This document shows, one piece after another, positions 40,979-54,009 of a stretch of 64,000 nt of DNA. The number at the start of each line of letters is the position of its first letter. The first letter of the stretch is position 1. The position numbers and the translations under genes are program-made. This DNA is from Octopus vulgaris (taxonomy: Eukaryota): positions 54,436,001 to 54,500,000 of the forward strand of contig OX597815.1 in assembly GCA_951406725.2 (NCBI GenBank), read 5' to 3'. Below the pieces are notes generated by a model. That model ran no database searches. It was not told the origin of the DNA and saw nothing but the letters and a program-made list of their open reading frames with translations.

Positions 40979-43691
40979 TAACAATATAGGATGAAGTCCC
41001 TTTCTCTACATAAAAGGATTCCATCAGAAAGCGTGGCAGTATATTAAAAAAACCTTTACGGTTGAAGTATAAACATTTTATAATTATATATATTATAATA
41101 TATAATATAATTTTATAATATATATATATTCACAAATACATACATATACTCAAATAAATATACGTACTCATATGTGTGTGTATATATATATATATTAATA
41201 TACTCACATATATACAAATGCAGATACACGCATATTTATCTGTGCTTGTGTGTGTGTGTGTGTGTGAGTGTGTGTGTGTACATGTATGTGTGTGTACATG
41301 GTGTGAGTGTGCACATGTGTGTGAGTGTGTCGTCGGTAGGGTGTGTGCGTGTGTACGTCTGCATACTAAAGACACGAAAAAAATGTTCGTAAGTTTGTTA
41401 AGGTTTCAGGATCACGACCCCGTCTTCTGAATGAAATTATGCTAAAGGCGGGTATTTCGGTTTTTATTTTTACTTTTTTTCGTATTAGGTTTTGACAACA
41501 GAGCTCATGAGAATTTTGTTGAAATCGATAAATTCATTATCCACAAATTCAAAATTGCTAAACAAGTTGTCCCTCATTATTTTCATTGTTTATTTCACAC
41601 GTGTCTGATTTGTATTTTAGTTGGCTGTTAGAATGTACTTGAAGAACACCACAATTAAAACGACATCAGCATAAAACCACAAACGTTAAGACCACTATCT
41701 ATATTAGACTATCGATTCCAGTGTAGACATGAATGTTGTAAACTTCATGATTGGAATTGTTACAATGGACCCAATATTATATTACTCTGATGGCGTTTGA
41801 TCATACATTTACAACAAGGAATCAGAAAACTGGAAATAATGTAATCGTGAAACAATTTTCATACAGGTTATGATGACATTATCAGATATAGTTTCCACAT
41901 AGTGTTTGATACTAAATACAACACGGTAACAAATTGCCAGTAACATCACTGCATCCACGTGATGAAACTGAGATCATTATCGTTTCAAAAGCAACATAAG
42001 GACAGATAAGAGAGTACAAAAATCTTTAATACAACTGTTCGATGTTCAGTTCAGTTTGTGAAGTTGAGAAAACTGCAGATATTTTGTTTTATATTGCAGT
42101 ACAAATGCAATCCAAGATTAGGCCTGAAGCTTGAGAACATGTAAAAATGATTAGGATAAGTTAAACTATACAAAAACAGGAATAATGAAATTAATTTAGA
42201 GAAGAATTCGTTTTAGATTTCTAGCAATAGAAATGAATAAATCTAAAAGGTGTTTTGCAACAGGCTGTATATTTAGTTATATATCACCACTCGTCGAGTG
42301 GAACTATGATTAAAATTATTCTAATCAGAGCCACCTCTCCGAGTTCAGGCAGTGGATTACATTAACCAACGTATGCTTGTAGGACTGTGGAATGTATTCT
42401 GTGAAACATTTCGTTATTGCTTCTGTCAGGGCGAGTGCCCACGGTTGTAAGTTGTTGGCACTTTTTGGATCATCTGCATAAATGTCATTGCAAGTGCCAT
42501 CAAATGCCGTAGAAGGAAAATTTTGCAGATGACTCTAACATCTAGAAAATCATCGAAGGATAAGTGACCGGACAGAATTCGAAGAAGTAAAGAATCTAAT
42601 GCTATAGAGTGAGAAGATGATTATCATGACAAGCATCGTCATTATTTTCATTAACCTTAATATCTTCATCATTATCATCATCCTCATCCTTGTCACGACC
42701 TCTTTGCCGTAATGACGATCTCCTTTATCGTTACTAAAATTCATTCAGCCATCATGATAATGCTGGTGATAGTCGAAATGGCAAATGAGATAGCTATGTC
42801 AACGAAATATTGTTATGGTTGTCGTTGACACAATAAACATTTTAGGTTGATGTCTTATTAAAGATCCACTGGCATCAATCTGTTCAGTAAAACACTGTCA
42901 AATCCCCAAACTTCATTACTGATCCAGTAACAGTGCAATTAAAAATATATTAATCTTATGAGAACAAATATTAGAGATACCCAGCAATTAAGTTTCCCGA
43001 AAATCACACTATCTTTTTTCTACAAAAGAAATATTTTTGATCAGATTCTTGCTTATCATGTTTAGTTTTTGTCGTTCAGAGACTGAATGAAAATAAAAAA
43101 AACAAATGTTATCATAACTTGCTGTTGTTGTCATGTCTATGTAGAAGATATCCGTGGAAACTAAGGACTAAACAACACAAACAGGTGAAAATTATAAGTA
43201 AAAAAAGAAAAAAAAACAGGACGGTCGCAGTAAGAATGTTAGTCAAACGATCAATTCTCAATGCACATATTTCTCTCAGTATGTGCGTACTCAATCAGAG
43301 AACGACAGTACTAAAAAATATACATTAGGCGGACTCTATGTCTCCTACAAAGTCTACAAAATATTTACATAAATACTAACTAAGATCATGATTTATAAAT
43401 ATCCCTGAAATATATACAACTCTACTAGATATAATAATGTCATTAATATTATAAAAATTAATGATACAAATAGTAAATAACCTTGCTATTTCTTTTCCCA
43501 ACAACACAATTACAAAATATATTTTTAAATAAAATCTTTACAAACATAAAAAGATACTTGTAAACATAATAAATAACATTTCAAGTTCCTCCAGTACAAC
43601 TTAAATGGCAGTAAAAATCCTTTTTATGTGAAACACATTAGTATAATACACATGCGCACACAAACATACAAACATGCATGGTATACATATA

Positions 43692-43726
<35 letters not shown>

Positions 43727-44076
43727 CAAACTGAAATTTATTATGAAGTAAGCCTATATCTTTTAGCCACCAGTGCATTTATAAACTAGCCAGATTTATA
43801 AGATACGGTAGTGAGTCATATGCTTACAACTTCATTCTGGATAGTGAAGGAGGGCTAGACTTGACAATGATTTCAAACGTTTTACACTTCTGTCAGTATT
43901 CGCCTTCTTTGCAATTAAATGACCACTGTAAAATTATATTTACGCAGTTACTGTTATTAGGCATACAAATTCAATTAGTTTGTAAAGGCAGTGACGGCTA
44001 TAATCTAAGGATTCACATCCTAGTAAAATGTAGTAGGAAAAGCAAGTACTACTGGTTCGGCAGTAATACATACGTG

Positions 44077-44077
<1 letters not shown>

Positions 44078-44132
<55 letters not shown>

Positions 44133-44149
44133 TAGATAGATAGATAGAT
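44078..44149 (+). repeat. (GATA)n(GACA)n(GATA)n microsatellite at a Tx1 3' end
   Basis: Read directly. Confidence 0.95.
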
Positions 44150-45516
44150 TTATTAGCTAAGCAGCGCCGAACAGATTTTTTGTTTCGAAAACGATCAAAG
44201 GGGATCGAAAACGTTTTGGGACGTGCACGCAAGGGAATAACAAAGCAACGTTTTTAACAATTAGTGTTCCAAAAAGGGAGAGTAAATATAATACTGACTA
44301 GGGTTATCCGTGGAAAGAAAAACCTACAGAAAAAAAGCACGGTCACATTAGGAAAAGGGAAAACAATATGAGAGCAAAGTCCCCTCTCTCTTTTTGTTTT
44401 GTAGGTTCATGCTCAAAGTAGTCCCGTCATTCATGCGTACCATCTTTACTACATCCACCCAGCTTTTATTAAACCTTTCATTAGACAAAACTTCCCTGTC
44501 TTCTCTTGCCTTCCTTTTCAAGTGATACTTCAAAGAATTGATGAGAAGTTGGCAAGAGAGGAAATAATTTGTCTCTAAACCTTTCAAACAAGTCCGCCAT
44601 ACACATACTTTCACCATAGCCACGAATACGATGATAACTGCATTGACTTCCCAGTTAAAGGAAGGTGGCGGGGAAATATTTACGATAGACTCGGCTGAGA
44701 GCTGGACTCATCCCACACGTGATAGCCGCCGTTCGATATAGGCTCACAGGTCTGAAATATTTGGACATTGCACGAGTGCATGAAGAACGGTTTCGTCATT
44801 CCGGCCACATCTCAGGCAGGTCGATCCGGTGTTTCTTGAACCGTGTCTATTGACCTTATCTCGAACGGGCAATGCTTCCCGATAGCAAGACAGAGATCAC
44901 GAGAAATTGTCCAAATGTCCTGGCCTGAAAGTGGTCCTGAAGAGTCGGGTCAGGAATTTCTCGTTGACGCCCAGAGTCTCCCCATGAACGTCGTGGCACC
45001 CCCCTCCGCTAATTCTCTGTAGATCGCCTTTGTGGAATTGAAATCGCACAAGTTAGAACCCGAGTGGCAGAGCTGCTCAGGAGCATGGTAACACTCGTGG
45101 TGCCTTTCGCCCAGCCTCGGTCTTTACTTGACCCACGTTTGATCCAATTCGGTCAATGAGACGAGCTGCGGGGATCGTGCCTCACAAATGGCGACCACAC
45201 CTATTCACCGTCGTCAATGAAAAGCTGGAGGAGTCGCAGTCCCAACGCATGTCTGCGCATCATTAATCACGGCATACTCAGCCCTCCTTTTAGCGGATGT
45301 TGATAGCAAATGGATCGCCTAACCATCGGAGCGCTTCCCTTCTACAAAAAGCGGAACAGTATGCGTTCCAGTTTCCTGATGGTAGGGTCGGGACAAAGCA
45401 CGACGGTCAGGCGGTAATAGATGACGGATGCGATGTACCCAAACGCCACCTCACCTCGACCTTTTAGAGACAGCTTCCTTTTATCCCATAGTTGTGTGAG
45501 AGTGGCCACCCTACTG
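44150..45516 (-). mobile_element. 5'-truncated Tx1 element (ORF2 C-terminus plus 3' UTR), related to 17260-23215
   Basis: SRVATLTQLWDKRKLSLKGRGEVA...YRLTVVLCPDPTIRKLERILFRFL; collinear nucleotide similarity to 17300-18580. Confidence 0.9.
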
Positions 45517-47169
45517 TTGTACATACATAAAACAAAGCAATTATAAACATGTCTAGATGCATATCTGCATAACAACATAAAAACGCTGTCACCAAATCTA
45601 CAAATCCTCATAGAAACCAAATACTTACATTGAATCTACACACAATCGAAATAACTCCTAACACCAAACAACTAAAAAAGTAAAAAAGCATTATAGACAA
45701 CAGAGAAACATGCAAAAATTTGTATCCAGCATAAACGACAATACCAACAGTACGAACATTGAAAGTAAGTTAAGTCTTCCATTGATTTTTTTGTCCTAAA
45801 AGCACTTGTCCACCTACAGATGTCAGTTACTAATGTCTTCGTGTTAAGCGTAACCACATCCATTTACCTGAGCTTGGATTTCTCCTAATTTGTACCTCCA
45901 GAATATTATGACGAGAGGAGTTTCCTTACCAACCGAGGTTTCTCCATTCTTTCGATACGGTCAAGATAGAGATCCCGTTGTGCCAAAATCATTTTTGAGC
46001 TAAGCATCTTCACCTTCACAAGAATGAGAGGGTGTTTCACAACTTGATTTCTGTCATATTCATATCTCAGTTTTCCCATTTTCAATGCATAAAAATTTAT
46101 AACATTGTTTGTGGCATTTTTTTCTGTAGTTTCAGTTCAGAGCTGCGGCCATGCTGCGATGCATGTAATGAATGCAGATAAGAGCAGAGGAACAGCAACT
46201 GATGTAATCTGACTCAAAGTTCAACTGTGTCGCTTCTATATTGGAGGCAAAATCTACAGGTATACACTGCAAAATGATGCGCAGACTGCATGTTGGAAAA
46301 TGCATTTTGGTCCTCAGTTATTCAAGATGCGTAAACGCCTATGACTGGTTGATATTTACAGAAAATTAATTCTGACGGTACAAATATGAAAATCTGAAGA
46401 TCATAGTGTAGCAAAACCTTAAGAGATGAGTGAACCAAGTGTTTAGTTCAATGCTTCTAATAGAGTGAAATCAGTTAAAGTTTCCCGAGTACTATATGGT
46501 GTTGAAGCCAAATAGCGTGTTTTGTCGGAAACTAGTTTGATGTATTATTATATTATTACTCAGTTAGAGAGTTTCATGAAACAAAAGTGTACACACTTAT
46601 GCACACATATATATGCAATCAGCTTCATTATCATGCAGCTGTTTGTACAGTAAGATGCAGTGGATGCAGAGTTGAGTGCTTGTGCATGCCGAAAGACAGT
46701 TCTATTAGGGTTAAACTTGGGCAAAACTACAGTAATAATAACAAGCAATAAACCAATGAGTGAACCTCACTGTGGCCGTTCGTACATCTAGAAATAGTAG
46801 CAAATCTCCTTCAGTTACTTCTAATTAACCATAATTTCTCTATCAAAATATAGCCAATCACGAAAACAAGAATGACTCTGCCATTGTCATATTTGTTTGC
46901 TTGGTGGAGTGCTGCGATGTCCTCAGTGGGAAATCAAAACTACTAAAACTATGAAACCCAAATGCTGTGTAAATCATCACTAATGAAAACATAAAATTTG
47001 TTCTCCTTCAAATTATATGTAACTCAGTTTTATTCAATACAATTACGGGGACACCTGAGTGTTATAAGAAACACTAAATAGCTAAGACGAAAGACCAGGT
47101 GTCATAAAAACATATTTAAACAAAGAGTTCGGGAGCAAGAGGACTTTTGTTTGTTTAGTTTATCACATA

Positions 47170-47376
47170 ATACTCTCTCTTTACTTGTTTCAGTCATTTG
47201 ACTGCGGCCATGCTGGAGCACCGCCTTTTGTCGAGCAAATCGACCCCAGAACTTATTCTTTGTAAGCCTAGTACTTATTCTATCGGTCTCTTTTGCCGAA
47301 CTGGTAAGTTACGGAGATGTAAACACACCACCATCGGTTGCCAAGCGATGTTTGGGGGACAAACACAGACACTCAA

Positions 47377-47464
<88 letters not shown>

Positions 47465-47535
47465 GACGGGCTTCTTTCAGTTTCTGTCTACCAAATCCAC
47501 TCACAAGGCTTTGGTCGGCCCGAGCCTATAGTAGG
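47170..47535 (-). mobile_element. SINE family A, 5'-truncated copy
   Basis: 3' tail tttacttgtttcagtcatttgactgcggccatgctggagcaccgcc and internal (CA)n(TA)n; in tandem with the next copy. Confidence 0.85.
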
Positions 47536-47544
47536 CTATAGTAT

Positions 47545-47927
47545 ATACTCTTTTACTCTTTTACTTGTTTCAGTCATTTGACTGCGGCCATGCTGGAGCA
47601 CCGCCTTTAATCGACCAACTCGACCCCGGGACTTATTCTTTTGTAAGCCCAGTACTTATTCTATCGGTCTCTTTTGCCGAACTGCTAAGTAACGGGGACA
47701 TAAACACACAGCATTGGTTGTCAAGCAATGCTAGGGGGACAAACACAGACACACAAACACACACACAGTATATATATACATATATACGACGGGCTTCTTT
47801 CAGTTTCCGTCTACCAAATCTACTCACAAGGCTTTGGTCGGTCCGAGGCTATAGTAGAAGACACTTAAGCAAGGTGCCACGCAGTGGGAGTGAACCCGGA
47901 ACCATGTGGTTGGTAAACAAGCTACTT
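47545..47927 (-). mobile_element. SINE family A body, split by the insertion at 47928-49919 (head continues at 49920-49956)
   Basis: B-box on the minus strand (gggttcactccc, 47886-47897); the remaining head accacacagccactcctgcg follows the second TSD copy. Confidence 0.85.
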
Positions 47928-49919
47928 TATTTCATAAATTTGTCATATAAACAGTACAAAGAGCTTTGCGGGCTGGACAAATACATTAATGAATGAAAAT
48001 GAAACATAATGAATAAATTGATTGGATTTTTCTCGAAAACATATTTTCTTTTTTCTTTTTTTAAATCAATATGAGGTTTCGAACCTCTTACAAGGGGGAG
48101 GCACTAAAACCTCTCACTTAACATGTTTTCTTTCTTTTTTTTTCTTAAAGCACAAAATTGAGGTTATAAACCACTACAAAATAATCCAATAAGAAGAGGT
48201 TTCAAACCCTGTAGCGAGGGTCTTTCACCTCCTACTCTTCGATATATCCATCGATATATTCATCATTATCTTCAATGCCGCTTGAGTTCCTGTATCCCGC
48301 CATTTCCCATGCCTAACTCATGTAGGACATGTAAGTGGTGTAAGGGCCACCCGGCCATATGCGACACTCCTCCCCAAATCCTTTAAGCCTTTGCCACAAG
48401 GGAAACCTTATGACCTCCACAGCTATCTGCGGAGGCCATTCGGGATCCCGTGTGAAGGGCATATCTACTGTTTCTTTATGTTCTTCTACTATTTTTCCAC
48501 CTCCCCGCCCTCGTAGAAAAAGATAATTAATTGATCATCTTTAAGGGTGGCACAACTTCGGGACATGCAGTCGGCACATCATCTCCCCGCTGAGATGACC
48601 CGTTCTTCTTTATTTTCTTTTCTTCCTGGTTTCGGGAGAGTGGAGCTCTTCCGCTTTGTCCGGAGACTCTCCCCCGCCTTCTGAAGCCTTAGGTTCCTTC
48701 GGCGGGCAACTATTGTTGCCCGCTTTCTTCCTTTTTAATCCTTTTTGAGTTGAGGAGGCTGAAGCCTCCTCGACCACATCCACCTCTCCCTTTTTACCGG
48801 GTAGAGGAGGTGGCATCTAGTGACTGTTCCAGGATCTTACCATGGTCCTGGGGGCAGTTCCTTTTAATGTGGCCTGGCTGCAGGCACAAGTGACACTTTG
48901 GGGGACGTCCCTCAAGTATCACCGGATACCTGCAGCCAGCCATTTTCAAGAAATCTGGAAAAACCAGTTCTGTTGCGGCCGATGGGGTCCACAAGGTCAA
49001 AATCGCTTTTGACTCTTCCCAATCGACCGCCGGCGATACTCTTACATTTAAGAGCCTGGGCCCGCCATCTCCCAGTCCCCGTCGGATGGTATCTTCAATC
49101 CAATCCGCTTCGGTGCCCGGGGGGGGGGGGGAGTAAATCCAGGCTCGTATTAATTTTCTTCTACAATATGACGGGAGAAACAGGATTTCCTTGCCTTCTG
49201 AAGGCTGACTCGCAAACTGGTGAGCCCTTTCCCCGTTGTCAAACAGCAACCATACGGTTGCATGTTTGACACCACGGGATATATATTTTACAGAGGACAA
49301 ATGTTCTTTAAGTTCATTTTTTATGACTTGTTTTGGGAAGACGGTGATGGAATTAAGAACTTTAGAATACGTTCTAAGTACCATCGTCTTCTCCTCCATA
49401 TCTTTTAACCATTGCTTAGGCGAGTTAATTTCCCACTCTAAGACAGAGTTTTTCTTTTTAAGTTCCTTCTCTGCCATGTTAAAAAACAGTTCAAAAGACA
49501 GTCTGCCAAAAAATTAAACCGAATAAAAATAAAACAAAATAAAGGGGAGGGGAGGATACTGAAATTAAAGTAATGAAAAGAATGAACCAAAAATTAGAAA
49601 GAAAGAAATAATAGAAGAAGGGAAAAGTAAAAGAAAAATCTCACAAATAGCACAGACAGGGAATCCTTTGTATAATTCTCCAAAAAGGTAATCCAAATGG
49701 CTTATGCTTATTTTTCTGGCGAGATACGCCCACTAGAATTCACAAGAAGAATTTTCAAAAAAATTCTCAATTCACTGTTACGGTGCTGAGAACCCAGTAT
49801 TTTGCTCGTTATAGCAAGCCATAATTGACAATTTTTCTTTTTGTTCTTTTTTCTGTTCGCGGAGCCGAAACTCACATCTGCTCACTGTAGCAGTCCAGAC
49901 CAACTAGTGTTGCATTCTG
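47928..49919 (-). mobile_element. ORF1-only Tx1/L1-like non-autonomous retroelement with a 16-bp TSD
   Basis: GGTAAACAAGCTACTT at both 47912-47927 and 49920-49935; single ORF1-like frame; no endonuclease or RT sequence seen. Confidence 0.8.
48610..49477 (-). pseudogene. Tx1-type ORF1 protein with CCHC zinc knuckle, frameshifted
   Basis: 227-aa ORF 48794-49477 with PVILEGRPPKCHLCLQPGHIKRNC (compare VVVEGRRPRCYMCGSEEHLKNDC in the Tx1 ORF1), continuing into a Lys/Glu-rich frame at 48610-48816. Confidence 0.75.
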
Positions 49920-50036
49920 GGTAAACAAGCTACTTACCACACAGCCACTCCTGCGTTATATATAACTGTAGAAGTAGTAAATCATTCAAATAAAAATTAT
50001 TTCAAATAGAAAATAGAAGTAGCACTAATATCATAA

Positions 50037-50191
50037 ACATTGTCGACCACATATATAATACTTAAGATACGCTGTATGTGTTTTTGCCGGTAGGCTGCTA
50101 TTTTGGTGAGGTGGATATTACTCGCGCACAAATCGGAATCTACCGGTAAATATACAAGTCGTGTAGGTTAAGTATATGTGGTCGACAATGT
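50037..50191. mobile_element. Small MITE-like element
   Basis: Perfect 18-bp TIR acattgtcgaccacatat / atatgtggtcgacaatgt, flanked by TAA on both sides. Confidence 0.65.
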
Positions 50192-50770
50192 TAAAAATTA
50201 TTTAAACAAAAGCATTCCCTTATATTTTCATTCCATACGTTTTTATTAAAGTAATGTGAAGTATTTTCTCTAGCATCGTCATGGAACGATAGGCCGGTGA
50301 GCATTGAACACGGCTCTACATGAGATAATGAAATTAAGAAAATTATAGTAATCGGAAATTAATGTTGTTTATTTGTTTTGTTTCGTTTTCACATTCCCAG
50401 ACTAAGATGCGCAAGCTAAAATGTAATTTTCAATGGTCAGCAAATTAAAAGAAATATTCCTTGCTATTGTTAATAATTGATAACAACAAATAATCAATAA
50501 TTGCTAGACTTCAGAAATTCAATGGAACGAGTTTGCATTCCATTATGTCTCCAACCAATTCTAAACATGTTCGTTAAAAACAAATAATTAATTCATATTT
50601 GTTTAGAAATCCAGCTTCCTGGGATACTTTCAGAACATATTAAATAAGGGAATAGTTTTTTTGTAGTCTGCCGGAAAACGAATAATCAAATAATTTAGAA
50701 AATGCCATTGTTTCCGTTAGGTGTGAAGAAGGTAAAAGCCAACTAAAACTCCCTTAAAATTTCTGGTATT

Positions 50771-50885
50771 TAAGGCGGCGAGCTGACAGAGTTGCTAGTA
50801 CGCCGAGCAAAATGCTCAGCGGCGTTTCGTCCGTCTTTACTTCCTGAGTTCAAATTCCACGGAGGTCGAGTTTATATTTCATCCT
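50771..50885 (+). mobile_element. SINE family B, 5' part
   Basis: taaggcggcgagctgacagagttgctagtacgcc...gagttcaaattcc, with A-box-like and B-box-like elements. Confidence 0.7.
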
Positions 50886-51555
50886 TGTACCCAAATTTAA
50901 AACCAATATTTTGATCCTTGTTTCCTATCCTGCTGACTAAGAGTTTTCCTTTCATGATTTAATATCTGGTCAATAAAGTAGGTCTCTAACATAAAGATAT
51001 CGCTCTCATGTCAGTATAAGTATTAGGCATTTTTGAGACACCCTAGAGCTGTGGATGAGAGGGTCAGTAAATCGGTGACGGTCCCTACCAGGTTCAATAA
51101 AATAAGTACTATGACCAAGTTAATACTCTCATCAATCTCCTCTAATCTGTGCTTTCGTACCAATGTTTGAAGTCATTTGTCGCTTATTTCATCGACAATC
51201 TGCATTTGAACTTGAAATATTAGAGAACTAGATCTTTATTTTCTTCGGCGACTCCATTACCATAGAAGGGGTATGTTACTAAAATAAAAAGAAAAAAAGA
51301 CGAATATAAAGTATGTGCCGACGCACTATCAAAGATAACACATCGATTTAGTCCTCAAAGTAAAAAACAAGTTTATCATTTTAAAGTGAATGTGTGTATG
51401 CAAATGACTTTGTATCTGTTTAGTATTACCAGTAGTAGACTATTTTTTCTGCTCCATTGGAGATGAAACGTAATGTCGAACTTCTCAGAACTGAAATTTG
51501 AAACCCATTAGTTTATGGCTAAATACTAAAAATACTTCGCCCAGGGAATCGCCTC

Positions 51556-51998
51556 GGATCTTTTCGGTTTGAACGGTAGTTTTTAACATAATTTCTAGGT
51601 AACTAAAAAAATTTAAACTTCGTATACTGGTAGAATGTGTTTATAAAACATCTTTTTCTCTTGGCTTTAATTGAGAAAATTCTATGGTTTGTAAGATATT
51701 TGTTGTTTTTTTTCTTCAATTTCTGCAATTTCAACCAATCAAATACGTCTATTGAGGTAAAAAAAAACACTCTGTGCCGTATGAATATGTCCCTCGTTTA
51801 AGAAACAGATTGGGTTTATTTACATTTGTGAAGAAAAAAAGATACCCTCCCCTCCAGCCCTAACCCTAACCCTAACCCTAACTAACCCTAACCCTAAAAC
51901 AGATTGAAATACGATAGATCGATACTAGGGTCATAATTATGGGTGACAATTTCATATGATACCGCTAGAAAAAACTGCCGTTCAAACCGAAAAGATCC
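51556..51998. mobile_element. Non-autonomous DNA transposon (Merlin-like) containing (CCCTAA)n
   Basis: 29-bp TIRs starting GG (ggatcttttcggtttgaacggtagttttt / aaaaactgccgttcaaaccgaaaagatcc), exact 8-bp TSD ATCGCCTC, telomere-type repeats at 51858-51897. Confidence 0.85.
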
Positions 51999-52537
51999 AT
52001 CGCCTCCCTTATCTCTCTCTCACATCTCTGTCTCTCTCTCCCTCCTCTCTCTGTTCCTCTTTCACTAAATCCTCTATCATTCCTCTCTGTCTCCTTTCTC
52101 TCTCTCTCTCTTCCTCTCTCTCTCTCTCTCCATCTCTCTCATTCTTTATTCTTCTATTTTCCATATTTAACGTACTCACAAAATAGTCTATATAATCTAA
52201 TCCAAGGAAAGGTGGAGCAGCTCCTATGATTAATTGGTTTTTGCTGAAACGGAAATCTTAAGATCATATTGTAGCAAAACATTAAGAGATGAGTAAACTG
52301 GGAGTCTCTTTCACTGCTTCTAACAGAGTAAAATCAGTTAAAGATTCTCGAGTACCAGATGGTGTTAAAGCTCAGCAGCATGTTTAGACGGAAATCCAGT
52401 TGATACATTCTTATACTATTATTCAGTTTCAGAACTTTACATATATATACATATACACATATATATACATATACACATATATATGCATATATATATACAT
52501 ATATATACATATACACACACATATATATACATATATA

Positions 52538-52569
<32 letters not shown>

Positions 52570-52602
52570 CATACACACACACCCACACATACATATATAT
52601 AT

Positions 52603-53712
52603 ATCCAAGGTGGGTAAGTTATTTGAGTACATAACTTCTGGGAGTCATTGCTGCATTTTTACTAACTCTGTATAATCTTTGTTTCAGAAAATAATAATGG
52701 CAGACCCTCGGCTTACTCAAGAAATGAAGAGGCGTTCTGTTATTGTGATTATAACGGCTGAGCGATTTAGAAATATATCAATTTTCAAAATTTGCTAGAT
52801 CTTTTGTCTACAAAATCTGTAAGGAGCTAGAGGCTGAAGATGGAAACGTATCACCAATATCAAAGCAAAAAAAAAATTTCTAAACGCTCTAGATAATCAC
52901 ACAACACCTGAATTTATCCAGCAAGTTCAACAGACTATTGATGACAAACGCGGAAAGATCTCCATGTGCAGAAGGAACAGTCCGAAATATTGTCCACGGA
53001 TAATTGAAGTTCAGTTTGTTAGAAAAAGGAAAAGAAGATCACTACATCATATCTGAAAACAAACTGAAACAAACTGAAACGTTCAGAAGAAAATTTGATT
53101 TGGTTTTTCTCAAACAAGAAAAACTTTGACCAAGATCAAAAAGTTAACAGAAGAAATGAGAGGTGATTATGGGCTGACCCTTCTGAAGATCCTAGTGTTA
53201 TGCATATAAAATTTCCTACAACTGTCTTGGTTTTAGGGGTTGTCAGCGAAATACATGTGCTGCCTCCTTACTTCTCTCCACAAGGCCTTAGAGTTAACTC
53301 TGCCGCCTATATTGACGTCCTGGAAATAATTGTTAAGCCCTGGATAGACACTGTATGTAATGGAAGGCCGTATGTGTTTCAGTAAGACTCTGCACTATCA
53401 CACATGGGTCTAGTAACAAAGGAATGGATGCCTGAAAACTTTCACGATCACACAAGACCTAAAATTTGGGCTCCTAATTCCCCAGATATCAGTCTATTAC
53501 ATGCGGGGCGTTGTTGAGGGAGAGGTCAAGGAACACGCCCATAAGACTAAAAATTCTTTGAAAGCTGTCATATTTAGAGCAATGTCCAAAATGAACCAGG
53601 ATCACTTCATTTGAGCATGTAGATGATTTAGATCTCATATAGAAGCAGTTGTTGAAGCTGAAGGTGGATTTATTAAATAATATTATAGAAAAGAATATTT
53701 ATTTTTATCCTT
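52603..53712 (+). mobile_element. Tc1/mariner element, maT (DD37D)-like, degenerate
   Basis: KFPTTVLVLGVVS...LRVNSAAYIDVLEIIVKPW...YVFQ*DSALSH and WAPNSPD; the 5' end resembles the reverse complement of the TIR at 61915-61945. Confidence 0.8.
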
Positions 53713-53729
53713 ATATATACATACATACA

Positions 53730-53838
<109 letters not shown>

Positions 53839-54009
53839 TTATATACATATATATATATATATATAAATAATATATGTATATGCATATATACACACATACA
53901 TGTACATGCCTACATATATATGTGGTGGCTACCCCATTGTTATTGAGTATGGCCATTGCACGAAGCTTAATCAATGTTGTTATCGTGCAATGCCTGTGCA
54001 ACAAGATTT

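Noticed and set aside
48073-48231. CRISPR-like array
   Set aside because: The repeats are short and degenerate with very irregular spacing, in a eukaryotic retroelement with no cas genes.
50771-50885. tRNA gene
   Set aside because: A and B boxes are present but there is no cloverleaf, and the sequence continues into SINE body found elsewhere in the window.
51858-51897. (CCCTAA)n as a telomere or chromosome-fusion scar
   Set aside because: Only about six units, and they lie inside a TIR/TSD-bounded MITE.
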